Positions 23,363-33,929 of a stretch of 64,000 bases of DNA are shown here, piece after piece. Numbering within the stretch: the first letter of the stretch is position 1; every line of letters starts with the position of its first letter. Position numbers and translations under genes: made by a program. Under the pieces are notes generated by a model that saw only the letters and a list, made by a program, of their open reading frames with translations, had not been told where the DNA came from and made no database searches. The stretch comes from Alphaproteobacteria bacterium. Lineage in GTDB: Bacteria > Pseudomonadota > Alphaproteobacteria > UBA828. The stretch covers positions 576,001 through 640,000 of the forward strand of contig CAXXMU010000002.1 of assembly GCA_963667785.2 (NCBI GenBank), in the 5' to 3' direction.

Positions 23363-24822
23363 GCGCCCAGCACGACGCCGCGCAGGCCGTCGAATCCTAC
23401 GCCGGCGAGCGCTACAAGTACGGCTTCGTCACCGACGTAGAGGCCGACTCCGCGCCCCCCGGCCTGGACCACGACACGATCCGCTTCATCTCCGCGAAGA
23501 AGGGCGAGCCGGAATGGCTTCTTGCGTGGCGGATCAAGGCGTTCGAGCGCTGGCTTCAGATGGAGGACGAGGAGCCGACCTGGGCCAAGCTGCACTATCC
23601 GCCGATCGACTATCAAGACGCCTGCTACTACTCCGCGCCCAAGTCCGACGCTGACCGGCCGAAGAGCCTGGACGAGGTCGACCCGGAGCTTCTCAAGACC
23701 TACGAGAAGCTCGGCATCCCGCTCCAGGAGCAGGAGATGCTGGCCGGGGTCGCCGTCGATGCGGTGTTCGACAGCGTCTCGGTGGCGACCACCTTCAAGG
23801 ACAAGCTTGCCGAGATGGGCATCATCTTCTGCTCGATCTCGGAGGCGGTGAAGGAGCATCCCGCGCTGGTGCAGCGCTATCTCGGCTCGGTCGTGCCCTA
23901 TTCGGACAACTTCTTCGCGACGCTCAACTCGGCGGTCTTCACCGACGGCTCCTTCGTCTACGTGCCGAAGGGCGTGCGCTGCCCGATGGAGCTCTCCACC
24001 TACTTCCGCATCAACGCCGCCAACACGGGCCAGTTCGAGCGCACCCTCATCATCGCCGACGAGGGCTCCTACGTGAGCTACCTGGAAGGGTGCACCGCGC
24101 CGATGCGGGACGAGAACCAGCTCCATGCGGCGGTGGTCGAGCTGGTGGCGCTGGACGACGCCGAGATCAAGTACTCCACGGTGCAGAACTGGTATCCGGG
24201 CGATGCCGAGGGCAGGGGCGGGATCTACAACTTCGTCACCAAGCGCGGCGCCTGCCGCGGCGCCAACGCCAAGATCTCGTGGACCCAGGTGGAGACCGGC
24301 TCCGCGATCACCTGGAAGTACCCGAGCTGCATCCTGCAGGGCGACAACTCGGTCGGCGAGTTCTACTCCATCGCCATCACCAACAACCGCCAGCAGGCGG
24401 ACACCGGCACCAAGATGATCCACATCGGCCGCAACACGCGGAGCCGCATCGTCTCCAAGGGCATCGCGGCCGGGCGCTCGGACAGCACCTATCGCGGCCT
24501 CGTCCGCGTCCAGCCGAAGGCCGAGGGCGCGCGCAACCACACCCAGTGCGATTCGCTCCTGATCGGCGGCACCTGCGGCGCCCACACCGTGCCCTACATC
24601 GAATCCCGCAATCCCACGGCACGGGTGGAGCACGAGGCGACGACCTCGAAGATCAGCGAGGACCAGCTCTTCTACTGCCGCCAGCGCGGCATCGAGGAGG
24701 AGGACGCCGTGGCACTCATCGTCAACGGCTTCTGCCGCGAGGTGCTGCAGGAGCTGCCGATGGAGTTCGCCGTCGAGGCGCAGAAACTGGTGGCGATCAG
24801 CCTCGAAGGCAGCGTCGGCTAG
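23359..24822 (+). CDS. sufB: Fe-S cluster assembly protein SufB
   Basis: [48 protein letters not shown]. Confidence 0.97.
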   Translation: MSAQHDAAQAVESYAGERYKYGFVTDVEADSAPPGLDHDTIRFISAKKGEPEWLLAWRIKAFERWLQMEDEEPTWAKLHYPPIDYQDACYYSAPKSDADRPKSLDEVDPELLKTYEKLGIPLQEQEMLAGVAVDAVFDSVSVATTFKDKLAEMGIIFCSISEAVKEHPALVQRYLGSVVPYSDNFFATLNSAVFTDGSFVYVPKGVRCPMELSTYFRINAANTGQFERTLIIADEGSYVSYLEGCTAPMRDENQLHAAVVELVALDDAEIKYSTVQNWYPGDAEGRGGIYNFVTKRGACRGANAKISWTQVETGSAITWKYPSCILQGDNSVGEFYSIAITNNRQQADTGTKMIHIGRNTRSRIVSKGIAAGRSDSTYRGLVRVQPKAEGARNHTQCDSLLIGGTCGAHTVPYIESRNPTARVEHEATTSKISEDQLFYCRQRGIEEEDAVALIVNGFCREVLQELPMEFAVEAQKLVAISLEGSVG

Positions 24823-24863
24823 GACGGCATCGGATACCGGCTTCCAACCCCATTCTGAAGGCA

Positions 24864-25634
24864 ATGTCTGAACTCATGCTGACGATAGAGAACCTGCACG
24901 CGACCGTGGACGGCAAGCCGATCCTGAACGGCCTCGATCTCGCGGTGAACGCGGGCGAGGTCCATGCGGTCATGGGGCCCAACGGCTCCGGCAAGAGCAC
25001 CCTCGCCTACGTGATCGCGGGCCGCGAGGGCTACGAGGTGACCGCAGGCTCGGTCACCTACCGGGGCGCCGACCTGCTCGCCATGAGCATCGAGGAGCGC
25101 GCGCTCTCCGGCGTCTTCCTCGCCTTCCAGTATCCGGTGGAGATTCCCGGCGTCGGCAGCGCCACCTTCCTGAAGACCGCGGTCAACGCGGTCCGCAAGC
25201 ATCGCGGCGAGAAGGAATACGACGCGATGGAGTTCCTCAAGCTGGTGAAGGAGAAGCGCACCGCGCTCGGCATCGACGACGGCATGATGCGCCGTGCGCT
25301 CAACGTGGGTTTCTCCGGCGGCGAGAAGAAGCGCAACGAGATGCTGCAGATGGCGTTGCTGGAGCCCGCGCTCGCGGTCCTCGACGAGACCGATTCGGGC
25401 CTCGACATCGACGCGCTGAAGGTGGTCGCGAGCGGCATCAACGCGCTGCGCGGGCCGGAGCGGTCGATGCTGGTCATCACTCATTACCAGCGGCTCCTCG
25501 ATCACGTCGTGCCGGACCGCGTGCACGTGCTCGCCGGCGGGCGCATCGTCCGCTCCGGCGGGCGCGAGCTGGCGCTGGAGCTCGAGAAGAGCGGCTATGC
25601 CGGCCTCGGCCTCGAGCCGAGCGCGGCGGCCTGA
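24864..25634 (+). CDS. sufC: Fe-S cluster assembly ATPase SufC
   Basis: GPNGSGKST, FQYPVEIPGV, GFSGGEKKRNE, LDETDSGLDIDAL, ITHYQRLL. Confidence 0.97.
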   Translation: MSELMLTIENLHATVDGKPILNGLDLAVNAGEVHAVMGPNGSGKSTLAYVIAGREGYEVTAGSVTYRGADLLAMSIEERALSGVFLAFQYPVEIPGVGSATFLKTAVNAVRKHRGEKEYDAMEFLKLVKEKRTALGIDDGMMRRALNVGFSGGEKKRNEMLQMALLEPALAVLDETDSGLDIDALKVVASGINALRGPERSMLVITHYQRLLDHVVPDRVHVLAGGRIVRSGGRELALELEKSGYAGLGLEPSAAA

Positions 25635-25650
25635 ACGGCGGCGGCACGCC

Positions 25651-26970
25651 ATGCCCGGCCCGCGCACCATTCCCTTCGACTATCCGGCGCCCGGCGCCGG
25701 GCCGGCGGTGGCGCTGCCGGGCGCAGGTACCCCATGGCTCGATGCGCTGCGCGCGGACGCCCGCGGCCTGAGCGCGAACGGGCTGCCCGGCACCCGCATG
25801 GAGGCGTGGAAGTACACCAGCCTCGCCCCGCTCGCGGAACTGGATTTTTCGCCGCCGCCGGCGCACGAGGCAGAGGCGTCCGAATCTGCGGATCCCTTCG
25901 ACGCGGTGGCGGGCCCCCTGGCGGTCTTCGTCAACGGCCGCTTCTCTGCGGCCCGCTCGCGCCTCGACGGCTTGCCTGCGGGCCTGCGCGTGACCGGGTT
26001 GGCTCAGGCGCTGGCCGACGACCCGGCTGCGATGGAGGGACTGATCGGCGACGCCGCGACGCTGAACGGAGAGCCGCTCGCCGCCTTCAACGCGGCCTTC
26101 GCGGCGGACGGCTGCATCATCGAGGCTGCAGAGGGGGTAGAGATCGAGGAGCCGCTCCGGCTCCGCTTCACGGCCGCGCCCGGCGCTGCGCCGCTGGCTT
26201 GGCATCCGCGCGTCGTCGTGCGCCTCGGCGCAGGCAGCCGGCTCACGCTGGTCGAGTGCCACGACGGGCCGGCGGGCACGGCAACCTGGTCCAACCCGCT
26301 CGCGGACATCGCGCTCGGCAGGGACGCGACGCTTCGCCACGTCAAGCTGCAGGTCGAGGGTCCGGACGCCTACCACACGGCGCTGACGAGGACGGCGCTC
26401 GCCGACGGCGCGCGCTACGAGAGCCACCTGCTGGCGCTCGGCGCGCGGCTCGCACGCCACGAGATCCACGTCCGGCTTGAGGGCGAGGGCGCCGCCTGCC
26501 GGCTCGGCGGCGGCTACATGGCGCGTGGCAGCCAGCACGTGGACAACACCACGGTGATCGACCACGCCGTGCCCCACTGCGAGAGCCGCGAGGTCTACAA
26601 GGGCGTGCTCGACGATACGGCGCGCGGAGTCTTCCAGGGCAAGATCATCGTCCGCAAGGACGCGCAGAAGACCGACGGCCACCAGCTCAACCGCACCCTG
26701 CTGCTCTCGCGCAGGGCCGAGATCGACACCAAGCCGGAGCTCGAGATCTACGCCGACGACGTGAAGTGCAGCCACGGCGCGACCGCCGGCGAGCCCGAAG
26801 CGGAGCAGCTCTTCTACCTGCGCTCGCGCGGCCTCGATCACAGGACCGCGCTGGCGCTGATCGTCGAGGGCTTCATGTACGACATGCTGGAAGAGGTGCC
26901 GCATGAGGGCGTCCGGGCGGCGCTGATCGAGCGCGTCGCCGCCTGGATCGGCGGGGGAGGACGCCCGTGA
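25651..26970 (+). CDS. sufD: Fe-S cluster assembly protein SufD
   Basis: EAWKYT, GVFQGKI, KPELEIYADDVKCSHGAT, LFYLRSRG. Confidence 0.95.
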   Translation: MPGPRTIPFDYPAPGAGPAVALPGAGTPWLDALRADARGLSANGLPGTRMEAWKYTSLAPLAELDFSPPPAHEAEASESADPFDAVAGPLAVFVNGRFSAARSRLDGLPAGLRVTGLAQALADDPAAMEGLIGDAATLNGEPLAAFNAAFAADGCIIEAAEGVEIEEPLRLRFTAAPGAAPLAWHPRVVVRLGAGSRLTLVECHDGPAGTATWSNPLADIALGRDATLRHVKLQVEGPDAYHTALTRTALADGARYESHLLALGARLARHEIHVRLEGEGAACRLGGGYMARGSQHVDNTTVIDHAVPHCESREVYKGVLDDTARGVFQGKIIVRKDAQKTDGHQLNRTLLLSRRAEIDTKPELEIYADDVKCSHGATAGEPEAEQLFYLRSRGLDHRTALALIVEGFMYDMLEEVPHEGVRAALIERVAAWIGGGGRP

Positions 26971-28235
26971 ACACCGCTCCCGCCCGCCGCGTCGACCGGC
27001 CCTCGGCCGCTGCCGTCCCGTTCGACGTGGACCGCGTGCGCGCCGACTTCCCCATCCTCTCGCGCCCCGTCCACGGCAAGCCGCTCGCCTTCCTCGACAG
27101 CGGCGCGAGCGCGCAGAAGCCGCGCCAGGTCATCGACGCCATCGCGCGCTGCTACGAGGCCGAGTACGCCAACATCCATCGCGGCGTCTACGAGCTGAGC
27201 GCGAAGGCGACCGAGGCCTACGAGGGTGCCCGGGCGCGCGTGCAGCGCTTCGTCAATGCGCGCTCGACCGGCGAAATCGTCTTCACCAAGGGGGCGACGG
27301 AGGCGATCAACCTGGTGGCCACAAGCTGGGGCGGCACCTTCCTGAAGGAAGGCGACGAGGTCGTGCTCTCGGTGCTGGAGCACCACGCCAACATCGTGCC
27401 CTGGCAGCTCCTGCGCGAACGCACCGGCATCGAGCTGAAGGTGGTGCCGGTGGACGACAGCGGCGCCTTCCGGCTCGACGTCTACGAGGCGCTCGTGGGG
27501 CCGCGCACCCGACTGGTGGCGCTCACCCACGTCTCGAACGTGCTGGGCACCGTGCTTCCGGTCGCCGAGATCGTGCGCATCGCCCATGCCCACGACGCCC
27601 GCGTGCTGCTGGACGGTGCCCAGGGCATCGTCCACCGCCCCGTCGACGTGCAGGCCATGGACGTGGATTTCTACTGCTTCTCCGGCCACAAGCTCTACGG
27701 GCCGGGCGGCATCGGCGTGCTCTACGGCAAGGAGGCGCTGCTCGCCGCCATGCCGCCCTACCAGGGCGGCGGCGACATGATCGAGCGCGTCACCTTCGAG
27801 CGGACGACCTTCGCCCCACCGCCCGCCCGCTTCGAGGCCGGCACGCCGCCCATCGCCGCCGCTGTCGGCCTCCATGCCGCGCTCGATTACCTTGCCGCGC
27901 TCGATGCCGCTGCCGTCGCCGCCCACGAGCACGACCTGCTGGCCTACGCGACCGAGCGGCTCCGTGCCTTCAACGACGTCAGGCTCTACGGCACCGCGCC
28001 GGAGAAGGCCGCCATCGTCTCCTTCACCATGGACGGCGTGCATCCCCACGACGTGGGCACGATCCTGGATCGCGCCGGCGTCGCGGTGCGGGTCGGCCAT
28101 CACTGCGCGCAGCCGCTGATGGACCGCTTCGGCATCGCCGGCACCGTGCGGGCCTCCTTCGGCTTCTACAACACGCGCGAAGACATCGACCGCCTGATCG
28201 GCGGCCTCGACGAGGTGCGGGAGCTATTCGGCTGA
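26967..28235 (+). CDS. sufS: cysteine desulfurase SufS
   Basis: LDSGASAQKP, EHHANIVPW, PLP Lys SGHKLYGP, RVGHHCAQP. Confidence 0.95.
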   Translation: MNTAPARRVDRPSAAAVPFDVDRVRADFPILSRPVHGKPLAFLDSGASAQKPRQVIDAIARCYEAEYANIHRGVYELSAKATEAYEGARARVQRFVNARSTGEIVFTKGATEAINLVATSWGGTFLKEGDEVVLSVLEHHANIVPWQLLRERTGIELKVVPVDDSGAFRLDVYEALVGPRTRLVALTHVSNVLGTVLPVAEIVRIAHAHDARVLLDGAQGIVHRPVDVQAMDVDFYCFSGHKLYGPGGIGVLYGKEALLAAMPPYQGGGDMIERVTFERTTFAPPPARFEAGTPPIAAAVGLHAALDYLAALDAAAVAAHEHDLLAYATERLRAFNDVRLYGTAPEKAAIVSFTMDGVHPHDVGTILDRAGVAVRVGHHCAQPLMDRFGIAGTVRASFGFYNTREDIDRLIGGLDEVRELFG

Positions 28236-28696
28236 TGTCCGAACTGCGCGAGCTCTATCAGGAGGTGATCCTCGATCACGGCAAGTCGCCGCGCAATTTC
28301 GGCAAGCCCGAAGCGGTGACCGGCGAATCCCACGGCCACAACCCGCTCTGCGGCGATACGGTGACCATCTACCTCACGGTGGCCGACGGCGTGGTCGCCG
28401 ACATCGGCTTCGAGGGGCGGGGCTGCGCCATCTCGATGGCGTCCGCCTCCATGATGACGGAGATGCTGCGCGGCAAGTCGCTGGACGAAGTGCAGACGAT
28501 GTTCACCCAGTTTCACGCCCTGGTGGCGCCGTCCGAGCCCGCCTGCGAAGCCGACTTCGAGGCGCCGGACCTGGACAAGCTGATCGTGCTCGCCGGCGTG
28601 CGGGAGTTCCCGATGCGGGTCAAGTGTGCGACGCTCCCCTGGCACACGATGAAGGCGGCGCTCGACGGCGGAAGCGAGGAGATCACCACGGAATGA
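28235..28696 (+). CDS. sufU: SUF system NifU/SufU-family protein
   Basis: LYQEVILDH, NPLCGD, GCAISMASAS, RVKCATLPW. Confidence 0.92.
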   Translation: MSELRELYQEVILDHGKSPRNFGKPEAVTGESHGHNPLCGDTVTIYLTVADGVVADIGFEGRGCAISMASASMMTEMLRGKSLDEVQTMFTQFHALVAPSEPACEADFEAPDLDKLIVLAGVREFPMRVKCATLPWHTMKAALDGGSEEITTE

Positions 28697-29247
28697 TGAA
28701 CCTGTTTCGCAGGATGCGCCGGGCCGAGGAGCCGCCGGAGGCCCCCGCGGCGGCAGAAGCGACGCCTGCCGAGGCGGTAACTCCCCCGCCGGCGCCCGCG
28801 CCGCCCGGCTACGAGGCGTGGTCTCCGTCCGGCGGCGTCGATCCCATGGGTCCGCCCGGCGGGGAGCTCGCGCCACAGCTCGTCGAGGCTGCGCCCGAGG
28901 CGGCCGACACCCTGCCGCCGCCGCCCGGCGTAGACCCGGAACACCCGCTCTCGGGTCAGATCGCGCGGGCGCTCAGCTCGGTCTACGACCCGGAGATTCC
29001 GGTGGACATCTACCAGCTCGGGCTCGTCTACGACGTGAGCCTGAACGAGGCCAACGACGCCCGCATCTGCATGACGCTGACGACGCCCGGCTGCCCCGTC
29101 GCCGGCAGCATGCCCGGCATGGTCGAGCACGCGGTGGCGACCATGGTGGAGGGGATCGGCGATGTCGAGGTGGAGCTGGTGTGGGACCCGCCCTGGACGC
29201 CCGACATGATGTCGGAGGCGGCCCAGCTTGAGCTCGGCTTCATGTAG
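28693..29247 (+). CDS. DUF59/SufT-like Fe-S assembly protein with Pro/Ala-rich N-terminal extension
   Basis: VYDPEIPVDIYQLGLVY, MTLTTPGCPVAG, WDPPW. Confidence 0.88.
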   Translation: MMNLFRRMRRAEEPPEAPAAAEATPAEAVTPPPAPAPPGYEAWSPSGGVDPMGPPGGELAPQLVEAAPEAADTLPPPPGVDPEHPLSGQIARALSSVYDPEIPVDIYQLGLVYDVSLNEANDARICMTLTTPGCPVAGSMPGMVEHAVATMVEGIGDVEVELVWDPPWTPDMMSEAAQLELGFM

Positions 29248-29272
29248 CCCGCGGAGGCGCCCGGACACTCCG

Positions 29273-29617
29273 ATGAACGACATTCTCAGCATCACCGAAC
29301 GCGCCGCCGAGCGCATCCGCCACCTGATGGCGCTTAGGCCCGAGGATGCGGCGCCCGCGCACGGCATCAGGATCGGAGTCAGGAACGCCGGCTGCTCCGG
29401 CATGTCCTACACCATGGACTACGCGGAGGAGGTTCCGCCCGGCGCCGAGGTGATCTCCCAGCAGGGCGTCACGGTGGTGGTGGACCCGGCGGCGGTGATG
29501 TTCCTGATCGGCACCGAGCTCGACTTCAACGAGGAGAGGCTCAGCGCCACCTTCGTCTTCAACAACCCCAACGTCACCAGCACCTGCGGCTGCGGCGAGA
29601 GCTTCGCCGTCAACTGA
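29273..29617 (+). CDS. A-type Fe-S carrier (IscA/SufA/HesB family)
   Basis: GCSGMSY, FNNPN..CGCGESF. Confidence 0.93.
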   Translation: MNDILSITERAAERIRHLMALRPEDAAPAHGIRIGVRNAGCSGMSYTMDYAEEVPPGAEVISQQGVTVVVDPAAVMFLIGTELDFNEERLSATFVFNNPNVTSTCGCGESFAVN

Positions 29618-29646
29618 GGCGCCCGAACCATCTTTCATCTTTAAGA

Positions 29647-29723
29647 TGGTCGGGGTGGCCGGATTTGAACCGGCGACCTCCTGCTCCCAAAGCAGATGCG
29701 CTACCTGGCTGCGCCACACCCCG
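29647..29723 (-). tRNA. tRNA-Pro(TGG)
   Basis: Reverse complement CGGGGTGTGGCGCAGCCAGGTAGCGCATCTGCTTTGGGAGCAGGAGGTCGCCGGTTCAAATCCGGCCACCCCGACCA; 77 nt, encoded CCA. Confidence 0.96.
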
Positions 29724-29792
29724 TATCGCCGCGCCTCGTCAGCGGACTCATAGGAGCCCGGGAGCCCGGCCGCAAGCGCCGCGCGGGCGTCG

Positions 29793-30581
29793 TCAGCTCC
29801 CGCCGCGACCGCCGTCCCGCTCGCCTCCCGCCTCTCCGGCGGCGGAGGCGTCCCCGGTTTCGGGGTCGGACCCGGTCGGGGCTCCCGCCCTGCGCTCCGG
29901 CGGGCTGACGATGCCGCCTGAGATCACCAGCTTCACGCCCTCCTCGACGGTCATGTCGAGCGGGATGACGTCCTTGCGCGGCACGAAGAGGAGGAAGCCC
30001 GAGGTGGGGTTGGGCGTGGTCGGCAGGAACACGTTGACCATCTCGTCCTGCATGACCCGCTGCACCTCGCCCTTGGTCGGGCTGGTGACGAAGCCGATGA
30101 CCCAGATGCCGCGGCGCGGATACTCGATCAGCACGACCTCGCGGAAGGCGTTGGCCGACTGCGCCAGCACGGCGTCGAAGATCTGCTTGAGCACGCCGTA
30201 GATCGTCCTCACCACGGGCACGCGCGAGACCAGGCGCTCGCCGAAGCGCACCAGGAAACGGCCGGCCACGTTGGCGAAGAGGGCGCCCACCAGCGTGACC
30301 AGGATCAGCACGATGACGATGCCGACGCCGGGCACGTTGGTCCCCAGGATGTCGGACGGGTTGTAGGCGTCGGGGATCAGGGGAACGACCGCGCGGTCGA
30401 ACAGGTCGACCACCAGCCAGAGCAGCCAGATGGTGATGCCGAGGGGCGCGGTGACGAGGACGCCGGTGAGGAAGTAGGTCCTGAGGCGCGCGATGAAGCC
30501 CCGCCTGCGCGGCGGCTGAATGAGACGGGGCGGCGCGTCGCCCGTGCCCCCGTCGTCCCTCTTCGCGTCGTCCTCGCTCAT
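29793..30581 (-). CDS. DUF502 membrane protein
   Basis: LRTYFLTG..PLGIT, VVLIEYPR.G, FLPTTPNPTSGF, ISGGIV. Confidence 0.92.
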   Translation of the reverse strand: MSEDDAKRDDGGTGDAPPRLIQPPRRRGFIARLRTYFLTGVLVTAPLGITIWLLWLVVDLFDRAVVPLIPDAYNPSDILGTNVPGVGIVIVLILVTLVGALFANVAGRFLVRFGERLVSRVPVVRTIYGVLKQIFDAVLAQSANAFREVVLIEYPRRGIWVIGFVTSPTKGEVQRVMQDEMVNVFLPTTPNPTSGFLLFVPRKDVIPLDMTVEEGVKLVISGGIVSPPERRAGAPTGSDPETGDASAAGEAGGERDGGRGGS

Positions 30582-30739
30582 GCCGGGGGCAGGCGCCCGC
30601 GGCCCGACCCTTCGGGGTGATCGACCGTTCTCGTCATGGCCCCGCGGTCCCGCTTGTGCCGCTTCCTGTGTACCCGCCGCACGCGGAAGCCGCCAGACTA
30701 TTCGTCATGCGCGCGCGCCGCGCGGGGGCGGGGGAGTCG

Positions 30740-31507
30740 CTACCCTGCGATCGACGTCCCGCCGTCGACGGCGAAGGTCTGGCCCGTAGTCCAGCGGGCG
30801 GCGTCGGAGGCGAGATAGACCGCGATGCCGGCAATGTCCTCGGGCTCGCCGAGCCGCCCGAGCGGGGTGCGGGCGATCCGCGCGGCGGCGCCTTCCTCGT
30901 TCTCCCAGAGCGCCCGCGCGAAGTCGGTTCGCACCAGGCCCGGCGCGATGGCGTTGACCCGGATGTTGTCCGGCCCCAGCTCGACGGCGAGATTGCGCAC
31001 GAGCTGAAGCTCCGCCGCCTTGGAGATGCAGTAGGCGCCGATGACGTCGGAGCCGAAGAGGCCGCCGATCGAGGAGAGGAAGACGATCGCGCCGTCCTTC
31101 CGCCGGCGCATCTCGTCCGCGACCATCTGCGCCAGCCACAGGTGCGACTGCACGTTGGTGGCCATGATCTTGGCGAAGGTCTCGTCCGGGATCGCCGTGG
31201 CCGGACCGTAGTGCGGGTTGATGCTGGCGCAGCCGACGAGGATGTCGATCCGCCCGCAGGCCCGGCGGCTCTCGTCGATCAGGCGCTGGACGTCGGCCCT
31301 GCGCCCCACGTTGCAGGCGATGCCGAGGACGTCGAGGCCCTCGTCCGCGAACTCCTGCCGTGCAGCCTCGACTCTGCCGTGGTCCCGGCTCGAGACGACG
31401 ACCCGGGCACCGTGCCGCGCGAGCGCGCGGGCGATCGCCTTGCCGATCCCCTTGGTCGAGCCGGTGACGACGGCGGCCTTGCCGGTGAGGTCGAAGAGGG
31501 GAGACAT
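30740..31507 (-). CDS. short-chain dehydrogenase/reductase
   Basis: TGSTKGIG, YCISK, RVNAIAPG. Confidence 0.9.
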   Translation of the reverse strand: MSPLFDLTGKAAVVTGSTKGIGKAIARALARHGARVVVSSRDHGRVEAARQEFADEGLDVLGIACNVGRRADVQRLIDESRRACGRIDILVGCASINPHYGPATAIPDETFAKIMATNVQSHLWLAQMVADEMRRRKDGAIVFLSSIGGLFGSDVIGAYCISKAAELQLVRNLAVELGPDNIRVNAIAPGLVRTDFARALWENEEGAAARIARTPLGRLGEPEDIAGIAVYLASDAARWTTGQTFAVDGGTSIAG

Positions 31508-31683
31508 GCCGGGCGCGAGGATGACCGCTCGCCGCCGGGCAGTCCAGACCGAAGGTTGGGCGCGCGGCGCGGTGCGGACCGGCCGCACGGAGAGGTGGCC
31601 CGGCTGAGGGCCCGGCGCTATAGTGCGCGCGGCCCGACGGCGGCGGCGCGCCGAGACGAAGCGCCGATACCGGGCGGGCCGGT

Positions 31684-31760
<77 letters not shown>

Positions 31761-31854
31761 TCGCCGCGCGCGGCGGCAGCGGAGGCCCCGCACGCGCTCC
31801 GCGAACTCCCGCGTGCCGAACGTAATTCCGGGCGGTCGCAGAAACCACCGATCT

Positions 31855-31871
31855 GTTGCCGAAACGGCAAC
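31855..31871. promoter_or_regulatory. putative LysR-type operator
   Basis: Perfect dyad GTTGCCG-AAA-CGGCAAC containing T-N11-A, ~200 bp upstream of an operon that ends in a LysR gene. Confidence 0.55.
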
Positions 31872-32067
31872 CCAGCGCACGGAAAAGAGCAATTCCATCG
31901 GACGCGCTGCAAGGGCTACGGTCTGCCCGGAAGCGGACGATCGGGCGCGATTCGGGCTTGCGGCCGCCGCCGGACCGGGCGAAAGGCGCGAGGCGTTCCG
32001 GCCGGCGCCGGCGGAACCGGGTCCCCGCCGTTCGATCTCAACTTCAATGTCAAAAGGGAGGTCTATC

Positions 32068-33117
32068 ATGCTGGAAAACAATCGATCGTATCGCACGGCG
32101 CCCAGCCGTCGCCAGGTCCTCAAGGGCGGCATCGCCCTCGGCGGCGTCGCCGCCATGTCGTCCCTCGTTAGCGTCGAGGTCCTCGGCGCCGACGCGGCGA
32201 AGGTCAATATGCAGCTCGGCTGGCTCGCCAGCAACGGCATCATGGGCGAGGTCGTGGCCAAGCGCACCGGCATCTACGACGAGCTCGGCATCGAGCTCGA
32301 GGTCACGCCCGGCGGGCCCGGCGTGGACGGCGTCGCCTCGGTGGCGGCCGGGCGGGCGCAGGTGGGCCATCTCTCCTCCAGCCCGTCGCTGATGCTCGCG
32401 CGCTCCGCCGGCATCCCGGTCAAGGCGTTCGCCGCCGGCTATCAGAAGCACCCGTTCACCTACTTCTCGCTCGCGAGCAATCCCGTCCGCACGCCCCAGG
32501 ACATGATCGGCAAGACCATCGCCACCCAGCCGACGGCGGTGATCCTGCTCCGGGCGCTGCTGGCGAAGAACGGCATCGCCGAGGACCAGGTCGAGATCGT
32601 CAAGATGGGGAGCGACATGAACCAGGTGATGACCGGCCAGGCCGCCGCCGTCACCGGCTGGATGACCAACACCAATGCGCTGAAGATTCTCGGTGACGAC
32701 CGCGTCGACATGATGCTGTGGGACGCCGGCATCCAGCTCTACGCCAACGTCTACTACGCCACCGACGAGATGCTGGCCGAGCACGCGGATGTGCTGACCC
32801 GCTTCCTCACCGGCTCGGCCCGCGGCTGGGGCGAGGCGCGCAAGAACCCGGAGGCCGGAGTCGACCACCTCGTGGCCGAGTACCAGAACCTGGACCGTGG
32901 GAGCGAGCTGGAGGCGGTGGGGCCGGTGCTCGGCTTCTCGTTCAACGACGTGACGGCCGCAGACGGCTGGGCGGCCATGAACCCGGCCAACTGGCAGGCC
33001 CAGCTCGACACCTACGCCGAGCTCGAGCAGTTCCAGGGGCCGACACCGAGCGTGGACGACGTCATGACCTCCGATATCCTGGCGGCGACGGAGGCCGTGA
33101 GGAAACAGGTTGGATGA
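32068..33117 (+). CDS. NMT1/THI5-like ABC substrate-binding protein, Tat signal
   Basis: SRRQVLKGG; MQLGWL...PGGP, YQKHP, PQDMIGK; precedes NitT/TauT-type ATPase and permease. Confidence 0.85.
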   Translation: MLENNRSYRTAPSRRQVLKGGIALGGVAAMSSLVSVEVLGADAAKVNMQLGWLASNGIMGEVVAKRTGIYDELGIELEVTPGGPGVDGVASVAAGRAQVGHLSSSPSLMLARSAGIPVKAFAAGYQKHPFTYFSLASNPVRTPQDMIGKTIATQPTAVILLRALLAKNGIAEDQVEIVKMGSDMNQVMTGQAAAVTGWMTNTNALKILGDDRVDMMLWDAGIQLYANVYYATDEMLAEHADVLTRFLTGSARGWGEARKNPEAGVDHLVAEYQNLDRGSELEAVGPVLGFSFNDVTAADGWAAMNPANWQAQLDTYAELEQFQGPTPSVDDVMTSDILAATEAVRKQVG

Positions 33118-33929
33118 CGCCGGCCACCGCCGGGGCGACGGCAGGCGCTGAGGCGTCCGCCGCCACGGCGATCTCGGTACGCGACCTGTCGGTCCGTTTC
33201 GACGGAGACGCCGGCAGCGTCACCGCGCTCGACGGGGTCGGCTTCGAGGTGCCCGAGGCCGGCTTCGTCACCATGCTGGGGCCGTCCGGCTGCGGCAAGT
33301 CCACGCTGCTGCGGGCCATCGCCGACCTGGTGCCGATGTCCGCCGGCGCGATCAGCATCTTCGGCCGCACGCCGGAGCAGGCCCGGCGGGCGCGCGATTT
33401 CGCCTTCGTCTTTCAGGATGCGACGCTGCTGCCCTGGCGCAGCGTCATCGACAACGTCCGCCTGCCGCTGGAGGTCGGCCGGCGCGGCGGCGCCGTCGAG
33501 CAGCATGCGGAGCCGGAGGAGCTGCTGGCGCTGGTGGGCCTCCAAGGGCGCGAGGACGCGCTCCCCCACGAGCTCTCGGGCGGCATGCGCCAGCGCGTCT
33601 CCATCGCCCGGGCGCTCGTCTGCCGCCCCCGGGTGCTGCTGATGGACGAGCCCTTCGGCGCGCTGGACGAGATCAAGCGGGACAATCTCAACGAGGAGCT
33701 GCTGCGCATCTGGCGGGAGACCGGCACCACGATCATGTTCGTCACCCATTCGGTGCCGGAGGCAGCGTTCCTCGGCCAGAAATGCCTAGTGCTGTCAGCC
33801 CAGCCCGGCCGCGTCCTCGAGTACATGGACATCGGCTTCGCCTCGCCCCGGACCCTCGGCATGCGGGACACCATGGAGTTCGTGCAGGTCACCGCGCACC
33901 TGCGCGGCCTGCTGGAGACGGCGCGATGA
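33114..33929 (+). CDS. NitT/TauT-type ABC ATP-binding protein
   Basis: GPSGCGKST, VFQDATLLPW, LSGGMRQR, MDEPFGALD. Confidence 0.93.
   Translation: MTPATAGATAGAEASAATAISVRDLSVRFDGDAGSVTALDGVGFEVPEAGFVTMLGPSGCGKSTLLRAIADLVPMSAGAISIFGRTPEQARRARDFAFVFQDATLLPWRSVIDNVRLPLEVGRRGGAVEQHAEPEELLALVGLQGREDALPHELSGGMRQRVSIARALVCRPRVLLMDEPFGALDEIKRDNLNEELLRIWRETGTTIMFVTHSVPEAAFLGQKCLVLSAQPGRVLEYMDIGFASPRTLGMRDTMEFVQVTAHLRGLLETAR

Noticed and set aside
31761-32067. TPP riboswitch upstream of the THI5-like binding protein
   Set aside because: CTGAGA and GAACCTGAT core motifs are absent.
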